This document shows, one piece after another, positions 1-8,051 of a DNA stretch of 32,000 bases (position 1 is its first letter; the number at the start of each line of letters is the position of its first letter). Source of the stretch: Candidatus Saccharimonadota bacterium (GTDB lineage Bacteria; Patescibacteriota; Saccharimonadia; Saccharimonadales; Saccharimonadaceae); NCBI GenBank assembly GCA_039920285.1, contig JBDSDX010000001.1:330001-362000 (forward strand), written 5' to 3'. The position numbers and the translations under genes are program-made. The notes under the pieces were generated by a model. It worked only from the letters and a program-made list of their open reading frames with translations. It did not search any database and was not told where the DNA came from.

Positions 1-1011
1 AGCATTCACGATTGACTGGAAGGGTCCGCCGTTTGCACCAGTCAATGCAATCGCAGTGGTGTTTGTGTTTACTTGAACAACAGCTTGAAGCTGATAACTT
101 TGACCTTTTGTATCAGCGAGATGAAGCGAGATACTCTTTGCGGTCGGAATGAGATAGGTATGCGACAAGATATGACGGCCCTTTTCGGGGATGCTAAATA
201 ACTCAGCTTTACCCGTATCACCCCAGTCAACTGAGAGTGCATATGGCCCGATACCACCCCATAGCGAGACGGGTAATTCGATTTTCTCGCCAATGAAGAT
301 ATTACGCGTCACACAGCTTATGGACATACCGAGCAAATTCGTACTAGGTGTCTCGACTGGAGGCTGGTTGTAACATGGTGATTGATCTGGCTGAGCGACG
401 GGGGTGAAAGGGATTGAAGTATCAATCCTAATATCAGAAGGTCTGTTAATTGCCGCGGGGGGAAGGTTGGTTGCGGTCACCGCAACATCAGGCTCATACG
501 CAACTTCTATCTGATCGGTGACTGGCCCTGCTTGGTTAAGTGAGTCATAGTTTTGTGCTTGGAGCATATTCACACCAAGTCGTAACTGTATGGTTGTCGA
601 GAACGTATTTCCAATAGTACAGTTTGTTGCACTACTGAATTGTCCATTGTTGTACACAGATACGATAGTCCCATTCGGACACGTCCCGCTAACATCAACC
701 AGAGAGTTCTTAAATGAACTTTTTTTGAGGGGTGTCGTAATAACAGCACCGACAGTTGGAGGTGCACCTGGAACGACTGCGGTGATGGTGAGATTTCCAC
801 TCTTTGTAATGCCTGCCGCCTCAAGCGTCGCAAGACTTAAAAAGAGGATGACACCACCGACAAGAAGGAGTAAGAACAGTAGTCCATGTGAGGTGTGACG
901 GTGGGGTAATCGGTGCCCCGTGTGTTTATGTGGCGCAACGTAGACTAAGCTCGCTTTAACGTGAGAAAGTGCAGTTGGCTTTTTATTTTTTGTGGTTTTT
1001 CTTTTTGCCAT
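1..1011 (-). CDS. Secreted/membrane-anchored surface protein with PKD-like box (C-terminus lies beyond the left window edge)
   Basis: Absent from the supplied track because it runs off the edge. Hand translation of the minus strand from ATG (1011..1009) gives 337 codons with no stop down to position 1. It begins MAKRKTTKNKKPTALSHV...HGLLFLLLLVGGVILFLSLATLEAAG (basic N-terminus plus one hydrophobic anchor). It later contains LWGGIGPYALSVDWGDTGKAELFSIPEKGRHILSHTY, a PKD-like WGD...HxY box. The start overlaps the upstream gene end by 29 nt, suggesting an operon. Confidence 0.7.
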   Translation of the reverse strand, partial: MAKRKTTKNKKPTALSHVKASLVYVAPHKHTGHRLPHRHTSHGLLFLLLLVGGVILFLSLATLEAAGITKSGNLTITAVVPGAPPTVGAVITTPLKKSSFKNSLVDVSGTCPNGTIVSVYNNGQFSSATNCTIGNTFSTTIQLRLGVNMLQAQNYDSLNQAGPVTDQIEVAYEPDVAVTATNLPPAAINRPSDIRIDTSIPFTPVAQPDQSPCYNQPPVETPSTNLLGMSISCVTRNIFIGEKIELPVSLWGGIGPYALSVDWGDTGKAELFSIPEKGRHILSHTYLIPTAKSISLHLADTKGQSYQLQAVVQVNTNTTAIALTGANGGPFQSIVNA

Positions 1012-1972
1012 TATGTGAGTTTTTAATTATGTATCTATTATAGCGCTTAATGAGTCCGCGGAGAATATATATAACCGTAATAAGAAGAATCAGACCGATA
1101 AGTAGGATCTTGTAAGGGATAACCCAGAAGCTGATGCTTTCGACGATTGCACCACCTCTCGTACCGTAACCGATACTGATCTGTGCGCTGTACTGACCAA
1201 ACATCCAAGATTTATCGAACGTTGCTTCGAATCGACGAATACTTGATGGAAGGACGTTACCCCCCGCATCATTTATAGGAAGATTTGCGACTTGATTACC
1301 GAAGAAGTCTTTAACCTCAATTTGACCGGTTGGCTTAACGTGGACAGTACCGACATTTTCGAAGCGAGTGACAAAAGTGATTGGACCAGTTTCGAATGAG
1401 GCACCGGCTTTGCCGTTTTTCGTTGCGTCAAATGAGATTAGGTTTACCTTTTCAATAACTGGACCGTCAACTTTCAAGAGTATGAGCGTCCCTGCACTAG
1501 CAGTAAGGTCAACATTTGACGAAGCAGCACTATCGTTGTGACCACTGAAGCGAATGACACCGTAGTGTCCACCGGGAGCGGCATTACTTGGAACGGTGAT
1601 AGTTGCAGTAAGCTTTTTCTTCTCATGCGCTTTGAGATTAAAGTCGGGAATGTTACTGACCCACGTCTTGATGGAGGTCGGAGTAACGGTATTATCGAGA
1701 ATGACATTCGGTGTTCCTGTTTCGTCCTTTGATCCAAAGTCGTTGACGAAGCTGTTGAACACCAGATTGTTATTAGTTACGTTTGTGACACTTAGGTTAA
1801 CGGTGTAGATGTTCCCTTTGACCGCGTTAAGTTCAACGAGGGCTGGGCTAATCTCGAGTCCACTCCCTGAATTCTCTTCGGCATAGGTGATGCTCGAGGG
1901 GACGATCGCAACTAAGCCAATAATAAAAGCGGCGATACCGAGGGTAAGAAGCCGCTTTATTATAATTCTCAT
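983..1972 (-). CDS. Cell-surface protein, DUF916/DUF3324-like (CscA-type) architecture: signal peptide plus C-terminal TM anchor
   Basis: 329-aa ORF. The signal peptide is MRIIIKRLLTLGIAAFIIGLVAIVPSSITYA. There are two beta-rich halves (..APGGHYGVIRFSG.. and ..GQIEVKDFFGNQV..LPSSIRRFE..). The C-terminus has a TM segment ILLIGLILLITVIYIL followed by a basic tail RGLIKRYNRY..KKKNHKK. The family call is from remembered architecture only. Confidence 0.6.
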   Translation of the reverse strand: MRIIIKRLLTLGIAAFIIGLVAIVPSSITYAEENSGSGLEISPALVELNAVKGNIYTVNLSVTNVTNNNLVFNSFVNDFGSKDETGTPNVILDNTVTPTSIKTWVSNIPDFNLKAHEKKKLTATITVPSNAAPGGHYGVIRFSGHNDSAASSNVDLTASAGTLILLKVDGPVIEKVNLISFDATKNGKAGASFETGPITFVTRFENVGTVHVKPTGQIEVKDFFGNQVANLPINDAGGNVLPSSIRRFEATFDKSWMFGQYSAQISIGYGTRGGAIVESISFWVIPYKILLIGLILLITVIYILRGLIKRYNRYIIKNSHNGKKKNHKK

Positions 1973-1976
1973 CTAC

Positions 1977-2993
1977 TTAGAAGTTTGCTGTCGCAACGTA
2001 GGTTAGAACTGTTGAGTATGAACCTGGCTTTGTCACGCCATCGATGTTAGCGATGTAGCTTGTTGTGTAGCTGTTAGTGTTCGTAGGGGCTCCAGAATTT
2101 GCGACCGTTTCACCAGAGACGAAACGGAAGCTGTTAGCAGTGCTGTAGTTTGTTGCTGCAGTACCTGAACCTGCACCTGAAACGGCTGAACCAACTGATG
2201 GAGTTGTGTTCGCAACGAGGTTAATACCGAATTGTGGAGTGTTCGTTGTTGATGCTGTATTTGCAGCAAGTGCAGCGATAGTGTTTGCGCCAGAGGTTAG
2301 CGTCGTACCGTTAACGGTGATTGCGTATCCAGTTGTCGCGTTTGTTGATGCAGTCATTGTTGATGTACCTGAAGCAGTTGAACCAGTGCTTAGTGTGCTA
2401 AGACCAACTGTTGCAGTTGCAAGGGTGAAACTCAATGTTTCATCAACTGATGCGGTGACGGTGATTTGACCAGCAGTTGAAGTTGCAACGTTTCCAGCGT
2501 CAAGTGCGCCGGTCCAGGTTGCACCTGAATATGTCGCCATTCGGAAGAAGAATGTTGAGTTGGTCGCGCTTGGGTTGGTCACGTTACTGAATGAAACAGT
2601 CTGTGATCCTGATGGAGCAGTTGCGTTGGAGGCGTTCGCAAGGCGAAGTGAACCTGCGGTCGCTGTACTAACGGTCCAGCCTGTGCCCGCACCAAGTCCA
2701 GTTGGTTGACCAGTTAATGTTGAAGAAGATACTGAGAAGCCAGAAGGAGTCGTACACGCACCACTCGCTGTCGTACAAGCAACAAACTCTGCAGATTTGA
2801 CCGCAGTTGCCGTAGGAACTGTGAAGGTAAATGAATATGTTGTAATTGCACTCGCAGCAGAACTACCAATGGTGACAGAACGAGCAGTGATTTGGGCTGC
2901 TGAAGCGACTTGGCTCAAGCCAGTGGTGACTGAAGCAAGGACGAAAAGTCCAAGGACACCTCTACTCACCATTTGTTTGATTTTGCTGGTCAT
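1977..2993 (-). CDS. Secreted Thr/Ser/Ala-rich beta-rich surface protein (degenerate WxL-like C-terminus), probably abundant
   Basis: 338-aa ORF. The signal peptide is ..GVLGLFVLASVTTGLSQVASA/AQ. Composition is low-complexity T/S/A/G-rich. The C-terminal strand is GSYSTVLTYVATANF. Codon usage looks like a highly expressed gene (AAC, TTC, TAC, GTT, GCT, GGT, ACT, CAA). There is a 4-nt gap to the downstream gene. Confidence 0.75.
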   Translation of the reverse strand: MTSKIKQMVSRGVLGLFVLASVTTGLSQVASAAQITARSVTIGSSAASAITTYSFTFTVPTATAVKSAEFVACTTASGACTTPSGFSVSSSTLTGQPTGLGAGTGWTVSTATAGSLRLANASNATAPSGSQTVSFSNVTNPSATNSTFFFRMATYSGATWTGALDAGNVATSTAGQITVTASVDETLSFTLATATVGLSTLSTGSTASGTSTMTASTNATTGYAITVNGTTLTSGANTIAALAANTASTTNTPQFGINLVANTTPSVGSAVSGAGSGTAATNYSTANSFRFVSGETVANSGAPTNTNSYTTSYIANIDGVTKPGSYSTVLTYVATANF

Positions 2994-3054
2994 TTTTTAT
3001 TTCCTTCTTTGTTTTAATTTTGACACTTTAACTGATATAGTTATAAGCATTATT

Positions 3055-3597
3055 ATGTTATTCAAGCTTATTCTAGCAGTTATATCCATAAGCACAATAG
3101 TTTTCTTGGGTAATTATTCTGTTTCAGCCTCGCCGTACGGGACTGGTATATATAATGCTAACGTTCCGTATGGCGGCGAAACTCAGATATCACTGGCAAC
3201 AAATGGTTCGATTAACATTCCTATTACTCCGTCAACATCGGGAGTGCTTGGCACAAATTCAAGTGTCGTGACGGTCACCTCTACTGACGTTGTCGGCTAT
3301 AAGCTATATGTACGTGCATTAAGTAGTAGCAACTTAACGAACGGTGCTGCAGTGCTTGGTGCATCAGCAAATATCACTGGTGCCGCCCTTGCAACGAATA
3401 CATGGGGCTATAACATCGATGCAAGCGCGAACTTTATTGGCGCTACGACCTCTGACCAACTCGTTCGTACTCGATCCGGTCCGTATAAGACAGGTGATGT
3501 TACGACCTTCACGTATGGAGTGAAGATTGACTTAGCAAAACCAGCTGGCCTATATAGTACAACGATTATGTATACGGCTATTCCTCAGACGAACTAG
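3055..3597 (+). CDS. Small secreted surface protein, short paralogue type of the 338-aa protein (WxL-like C-terminus)
   Basis: The track ORF 2797..3597 is trimmed to the internal ATG at 3055 (MLFKLILAVISISTIVFLGNYSVSASP.., a clean signal peptide). The upstream 86 codons are antisense to gene 1977..2993. The C-terminus AGLYSTTIMYTAIPQTN parallels GSYSTVLTYVATANF. Confidence 0.65.
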   Translation: MLFKLILAVISISTIVFLGNYSVSASPYGTGIYNANVPYGGETQISLATNGSINIPITPSTSGVLGTNSSVVTVTSTDVVGYKLYVRALSSSNLTNGAAVLGASANITGAALATNTWGYNIDASANFIGATTSDQLVRTRSGPYKTGDVTTFTYGVKIDLAKPAGLYSTTIMYTAIPQTN

Positions 3598-4522
3598 TCT
3601 TCTTTATGTTAAGCGCACGGCCTTTACGTACTTTTGAGATAGTCGGCCAAGCAACGACAATTATTAATACGATGAGCAGGATAAGCTGAGGTAGGGGTAA
3701 GTAGATTAATGGTTGAGTTGAAGTAATTGTTGGGGTATCACCGAGCTCGATAGTATAGACCACTTTGTAGATACCGAGCCACGAAGGCATGGTGAGCTTA
3801 TCTGATACGAGCCGGACCGAACTTGCAAGAATGAGGCTGTTGTTACTGGTCTTGGCACTCACTTCCTGTCCCCAAAGAGTTTGAACACTCGCTGAATAAT
3901 TACTTCGGAAGAGCACGGTTCCGCTGTTTTGAATCGTCGCGCTCCAAGTTGTATCGTCAGTTGCGAGAAGGGGACTTCGAAGACCCAATAATGTTCCAGA
4001 TCGTGTAATATCACCAGGAACGGTCAGGTAAATAAGTGACCCAACTCGTTCAGTGGTTGCAATTTGTCCGGGAATTTTTGAAGGCGTCGTCGATGCAAAC
4101 ATACTAAAGTATTTATCTCCTGGGTTCGCGGTGACTGGGACATTTATTGAATATTCAATCGTTTTTGACTCACCTGCTGTAAGTTCGAAGTTGGCGGGAG
4201 TGTATCGAACCCATTGGTTGACAGGGGAGTCTGGATCGAATGAATAATTATAATCATTGTTTGAAACGGTAAAAAGTTGAGTGCTCATTTGAATTGACAG
4301 GTTTTGTCTACCACTATTAAAAATAGTCAGAGTTCCCGTTTTGGAAGTACCTTTCGCGAGAACAAGTTCTGTGCGAAGAGGACTGATACTTAGTGCTCGC
4401 TCAGGAGTTGTGGTAAGTGCATGCGTCGATGGAATAAAGAGTAGACAAATAAAAACTGTAAAAAGAATTCCGATAGCAGTAATAAAAACTCGTGAGCGAG
4501 TGTTAGAAGTCGGTTTCGACAT
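3578..4522 (-). CDS. Cell-surface protein, second DUF916/DUF3324-like paralogue with C-terminal TM anchor
   Basis: 314-aa ORF with an N-terminal anchor/signal (VFITAIGILFTVFICLLFIPSTHA). It has LSISPLRTELVLAKGTSKTGTLTIFNSG.. and ..NPGDKYFSMFAS.. boxes parallel to ORF 983..1972. The C-terminal TM is LPQLILLIVLIIVVAWP, followed by a basic tail. The 3' end overlaps convergent gene 3055..3597 by 20 nt. Confidence 0.6.
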   Translation of the reverse strand: MSKPTSNTRSRVFITAIGILFTVFICLLFIPSTHALTTTPERALSISPLRTELVLAKGTSKTGTLTIFNSGRQNLSIQMSTQLFTVSNNDYNYSFDPDSPVNQWVRYTPANFELTAGESKTIEYSINVPVTANPGDKYFSMFASTTPSKIPGQIATTERVGSLIYLTVPGDITRSGTLLGLRSPLLATDDTTWSATIQNSGTVLFRSNYSASVQTLWGQEVSAKTSNNSLILASSVRLVSDKLTMPSWLGIYKVVYTIELGDTPTITSTQPLIYLPLPQLILLIVLIIVVAWPTISKVRKGRALNIKKTSSSEE

Positions 4523-5834
4523 AGATCCGGTTCAAGCCGATTGCGATAGAGGTAACCGGTGTAAGGGCGGCATTACTCGCAAGAACGCCAGGGGTAAGAC
4601 CTGTCGTTGAGACGGGGAGATCTAGATTTGTTGAACTGTTAATAATTTCTGTTTGAGTGTTGATATCGACGAGTCGATAGTACACCACGCTGTCATTTGG
4701 CTTACAAAAAATATATGCGTCGTAGCCGTTATTGTTTGCGAGCGTCGGCTGTCCGGCGATAGTGTCCTTTGTCGCTGTACCACTTCCATCGTTGTGCATA
4801 AATGTAATAGCTGTATTGCCGGCATCAATACCAAATCCAAGGATGTTTAAAGAAGCTGATGGGTCAGCAGATACAACAGTTGTTGAGGTATGCATACCGA
4901 CAAACAAACGGCCACCCGTTGTCCATACATCAAGTCCAAAGCGAGCAAAGAAGAAAAAGCCACCCGTACTTGATATTGAGCCGCGGAAATACATTGCTTC
5001 GCTTCCACGCTGACCGAGGATTTGATTGGTAGTTGTGATCACGTTTGCATATCGAGCGCGACGGACTGAGGTATACACATTTGTAAATGTAGGAAGAGTA
5101 TTTGCAAATGTTCCTGCAGCTGCGCCGACAGTCCCTGTCCATAATCCAGCAGTAGCGCTCGTGTTGGTCCACATAACAATATTATTGCCGAATAGTGCTG
5201 GCTGAAAAACTGAGTCGAGTCCAGCGGGGCCTACCCATTTTGGAACGATACGACCCGAAACATTTTTTGAGTAGATACGGAGTACACCTGCAGGAGCAAC
5301 AGCAGGCTCGGTCGTAATACTCTGTATAAGCATACTCGTGTTTGTACCTCCAAGATCTAACTCTTTTGTGGAGCTATTGAAGGTAAAGTCGATATCACCA
5401 GTTAGGGTTCCATTATTATTTAGCTGGACAGTTGTATTTGATCCACCTGCGCTCAGGTCACCTTTTATTGATCCATTAGTCGCGTATACGACCCAACCTT
5501 GAGTATCAAGATATTGGAGTGTTTCACCAGCTAGCAGCGTGACAGTCGTTGGGGTTAAGTAATACTCTGTTCCTGAGATATCCTTTTTGACAAGAATAGT
5601 ATTTGACGTAGATGCGTGTCGATTTGTAATAGTGATTAATTTGATTTGGCGTTGCGTCGCTGCAGCCGGCGCAGCCACGATGGTTGTTGTCGTAGAGGTG
5701 ACAACTTTTCCTTCAACTGTCGAGGGGTTAAAGGTGGTCGTGGTGATGTCAGCGAACGATACAGAGAAGTCTATATCAGCGGTAGATGAGGTCGTTAGCT
5801 CAAGAGTCTCGGTAGTGGACTTAAGAAGGATCAT
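4503..5834 (-). CDS. Phage tail-fibre / receptor-binding-like beta-rich protein (no signal peptide)
   Basis: 443-aa ORF that is T/S/G/N-rich. The C-terminal roughly 200 aa look like a compact jelly-roll-type domain (..GGFFFFARFGLDVWTTGGRLFVGMH..ITFMHNDGSGTATKD..YDAYIFCKPNDSVVYYRLVDINT..NRIYVETDF). An AGGA lies 9 nt upstream of the ATG. There is a 4-nt gap after the upstream gene and a 20-nt overlap with the downstream gene. The function is inferred. Confidence 0.5.
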   Translation of the reverse strand: MILLKSTTETLELTTSSTADIDFSVSFADITTTTFNPSTVEGKVVTSTTTTIVAAPAAATQRQIKLITITNRHASTSNTILVKKDISGTEYYLTPTTVTLLAGETLQYLDTQGWVVYATNGSIKGDLSAGGSNTTVQLNNNGTLTGDIDFTFNSSTKELDLGGTNTSMLIQSITTEPAVAPAGVLRIYSKNVSGRIVPKWVGPAGLDSVFQPALFGNNIVMWTNTSATAGLWTGTVGAAAGTFANTLPTFTNVYTSVRRARYANVITTTNQILGQRGSEAMYFRGSISSTGGFFFFARFGLDVWTTGGRLFVGMHTSTTVVSADPSASLNILGFGIDAGNTAITFMHNDGSGTATKDTIAGQPTLANNNGYDAYIFCKPNDSVVYYRLVDINTQTEIINSSTNLDLPVSTTGLTPGVLASNAALTPVTSIAIGLNRIYVETDF

Positions 5835-5838
5835 CTGC

Positions 5839-6318
5839 TTATATCCTCATACTCTGTCGTGCGAATACTTGAGATTGAGTCAAACCACTTCCGCCCGAAG
5901 GAGCTGCCCATGTAGGGAGGCCGCCTGCAAGCGTCAGAACATAGGTGTTCGTTGTGGCAGCAATACGCACAAAGTTTCCAGTTGCATCACGGTAATACAT
6001 ATCACCGGTTGCACCTGAGGCATCATCGTACATTGCAATAGTTTTACGTATTGTGCTGGTTGTTTGCGTGATGTAAAGCGTGTCGGTTAAGAATTCAACT
6101 GCGCCAGCTTCGGGTGTCGTCATGACTGGCCCAGAACTAAATTTTAACGGTGCAGTGCCTGCAGAAGTGGTGCCAGGACGAATTGTGACTGCTTTGTGGC
6201 CCCCGTTTGCAGCATTGTCGACACCCGTATCGTAGTGTTCTTTTTGGATGAACTGGTTAAGAAGATTTCCCCAGTCACCGTCATCACCGTTAACAATTGG
6301 TAATCGCTGCTGAGTCAT
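5839..6318 (-). CDS. Small tail-fibre-N-terminal-box-like protein
   Basis: 159-aa ORF. The N-terminus is LPIVNGDDGDWGNLLNQFIQKEHYDTGVDNAANGGHKAVTI. This resembles the G-D-x-x-W-G-x-x-L-N-x-F ... H box that I remember at N-termini of minor tail/tail-fibre proteins of Gram-positive and actinobacterial phages. It is the first gene of the leftward operon 6318->3578. Confidence 0.45.
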   Translation of the reverse strand: MTQQRLPIVNGDDGDWGNLLNQFIQKEHYDTGVDNAANGGHKAVTIRPGTTSAGTAPLKFSSGPVMTTPEAGAVEFLTDTLYITQTTSTIRKTIAMYDDASGATGDMYYRDATGNFVRIAATTNTYVLTLAGGLPTWAAPSGGSGLTQSQVFARQSMRI

Positions 6319-6498
6319 TAAAAGTTTCTCGCAATCATAATAGCGTCCGTACTTATCACTAAGTGGTTATTCAAAATAATTCCCCGTACATTGTGTGATT
6401 GACTCACTTCCCCTGCCTATTCGCGCCAATGACTTACTTTATCTAAATCATAAGCTAGATTACTCCTTTAATCAAGCTTTGAGCGTAGATATAGCCAC

Positions 6499-6527
6499 TT
6501 GTATATTTACATGATTTTGCTTATATT
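6499..6527 (+). promoter_or_regulatory. Sigma70-like promoter candidate for tatA-tatC
   Basis: TTGTAT (6499-6504), a 17-nt spacer, then TATATT (6522-6527). This lies 30 nt upstream of the tatA ATG, which is preceded by the SD GAGAGGGG. Confidence 0.4.
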
Positions 6528-6556
6528 TATTGTAGTAGTAAAGAGAGGGGAATTAT

Positions 6557-6745
6557 ATGGGTCTTGGAAAAGTAGAAATTATTCTGCTGATTGTCCTGGT
6601 AATCATTCTTTTGTTCGTGGGCGCGAAGAAACTTCCAGAATTAGCTCGTGGTATTGGTCAATCGGCCAAAGAGCTAAAAAAAGGCTTTAGCGGTGACGAC
6701 GAAGAAGAAGCACCAAAAAAGTCGACTAAATCAGCGAAGAAATAA
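6557..6745 (+). CDS. tatA: Twin-arginine translocase subunit TatA/E
   Basis: 62 aa. It has a single N-terminal TM plus an amphipathic helix, MGLGKVEIILLIVLVIILLFVGAKKLPELARGIGQSAKELKKGF, then an acidic/basic tail. This is a canonical TatA signature, and the gene sits directly upstream of tatC. Confidence 0.9.
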   Translation: MGLGKVEIILLIVLVIILLFVGAKKLPELARGIGQSAKELKKGFSGDDEEEAPKKSTKSAKK

Positions 6746-6759
6746 CGGAGTAAAAGGGA

Positions 6760-7776
6760 ATGGGACGCCAGTCTACGGGTAATACCGAAGCGGTGACGAT
6801 GCTTGACCATGTCAAGGAATTGCGGCTACGTTTAATAGTAGCCGCTATTGTATTGGTGACTGGAGGCGTTATTGGGTACCTATTCTTTGAGCCAATTCTT
6901 CATTGGCTCAAGTCGCCTCTCCAAAGCGATCTGTATTACACTTCACCAGCTGGTAGTTTCAACTTTGTCATGAAGATTGTGACAATGGTGGGTATTGGTC
7001 TTGCAATTCCAGTTATTATTTACCAGATCATTATGTTTATTCGTCCAGCTTTGCCGAAGGCGTTCTCGAAGCTCCGTATTTATGGATATACTGGCATTTC
7101 TGTCTTATTGGCGGCTGCGGGTGCAGCTTTTGGTTTTTATTTTATCCTTCCCGGTGCGCTACATTTCTTCGCAGGCTTCCAGGTTGAGGGCTTATCGGCA
7201 CTCATTGGAGCAGAGAGTTACCTTAGCTTTGTAACGAATGTTCTGATCACCTTTATGGTAGTTTTCCAGATTCCGCTGCTCCTCGTCATCGTCGATCACA
7301 TTAAACCGATTAGCCCGAAGTCACTTCTGAAAGCCGAAAAGTATGTCGTACTTGGTGGACTTGTTGTGAGCTTCTTTGTGCCATTCGCTCTCGATCTCAC
7401 TACGAGTCTTTTGATTGCGACACCAATTGTTGTGCTTTACAACCTCTCGATTGTCATGATTGTGTGGCGTCATATGTTTGCTAAGAAGCAATACGTTGAA
7501 ATCGTCACTCGCCAGAGAAATGAACTTATCATTGACGATGAATTGGTGACTGAGTTCTTTGAACATGCGCCAGAGCGAGTTAAGCCAATTGCATTGGCAC
7601 CGATTGCCGATACACCTGGCCTCCGTGGGTTTGCTATGGAGTTTCAACGTAGCCGACAAGCATCAATCGATGAACTTCGCAAAACAATCGAACGAGAACG
7701 TGCACTGACGATTGCTCACCGTGTTGCACAGTACAATCAACCGATTGCACTCAAACATATTACAGATATACGATAG
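6760..7776 (+). CDS. tatC: Twin-arginine translocase subunit TatC with a roughly 90-aa C-terminal cytoplasmic extension
   Basis: The N-terminal box MLDHVKELRLRLI is typical of TatC, and there are six hydrophobic segments. An alternative start is ATG 6799. The region after the last TM (from about 7492) is a hydrophilic tail not expected in roughly 250-aa TatC proteins. Confidence 0.85.
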   Translation: MGRQSTGNTEAVTMLDHVKELRLRLIVAAIVLVTGGVIGYLFFEPILHWLKSPLQSDLYYTSPAGSFNFVMKIVTMVGIGLAIPVIIYQIIMFIRPALPKAFSKLRIYGYTGISVLLAAAGAAFGFYFILPGALHFFAGFQVEGLSALIGAESYLSFVTNVLITFMVVFQIPLLLVIVDHIKPISPKSLLKAEKYVVLGGLVVSFFVPFALDLTTSLLIATPIVVLYNLSIVMIVWRHMFAKKQYVEIVTRQRNELIIDDELVTEFFEHAPERVKPIALAPIADTPGLRGFAMEFQRSRQASIDELRKTIERERALTIAHRVAQYNQPIALKHITDIR

Positions 7777-7777
7777 A

Positions 7778-7987
7778 TCATTGACCGTACTTTGATGAGC
7801 CGTAACCGTGACGGCCTTTTGGTGTTTCGAGAAGACCCGAAGTGGTTTTACTTGAAGATAAAAGGATGCGGATGAGTCCTGTGACTCCCAAGAGAGCTAG
7901 AACAATACCTCCGCTGTAGCGAAGGAAATTCTTGCGATCCATCTCTTGGTTCAGCAGCGTATCGAGCTGCTTCCGTATATTCCCCAT
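7778..7987 (-). CDS. Small membrane/secreted protein with Tat-signal-like RK-N-F-L-R motif
   Basis: 69 aa: ..NQEMDRKNFLRYSGGIVLALLGVTGLIRILL.. followed by the short tail SSSKTTSGLLETPKGRHGYGSSKYGQ. It lies downstream of murA on the same strand and is convergent with tatC (a 1-nt gap between the stops). Confidence 0.5.
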   Translation of the reverse strand: MGNIRKQLDTLLNQEMDRKNFLRYSGGIVLALLGVTGLIRILLSSSKTTSGLLETPKGRHGYGSSKYGQ

Positions 7988-8051
7988 AACTCACCCTATT
8001 TAAGCACAAGCGCGCCCGTTGGTCTACTACCCTTGAGGCGAAAGGGGCAAA

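Noticed and set aside
570-898. Track ORFs 590..898 (+), 570..833 (-), 69..293 (-) and 191..373 (+).
   Set aside because: All lie in alternative frames of the 337-codon minus-strand ORF that runs off the left edge (1..1011). That ORF has a coherent signal-anchor and PKD-like sequence, while the short ORFs have no motifs or SDs.
2797-3054. The 86-codon N-terminal extension of track ORF 2797..3597.
   Set aside because: It is entirely antisense to the well-supported gene 1977..2993. The internal ATG at 3055 yields a clean signal peptide, so the extension is treated as non-coding read-through of the frame.
4503-6318. Calling this region a prophage or prophage remnant.
   Set aside because: Only the two fibre-like genes look phage-related. 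There is no integrase, terminase, portal, capsid or lysis gene, and no att or compositional shift. The pair is operon-linked to surface-anchor genes, so it is reported as a possible domesticated module instead.
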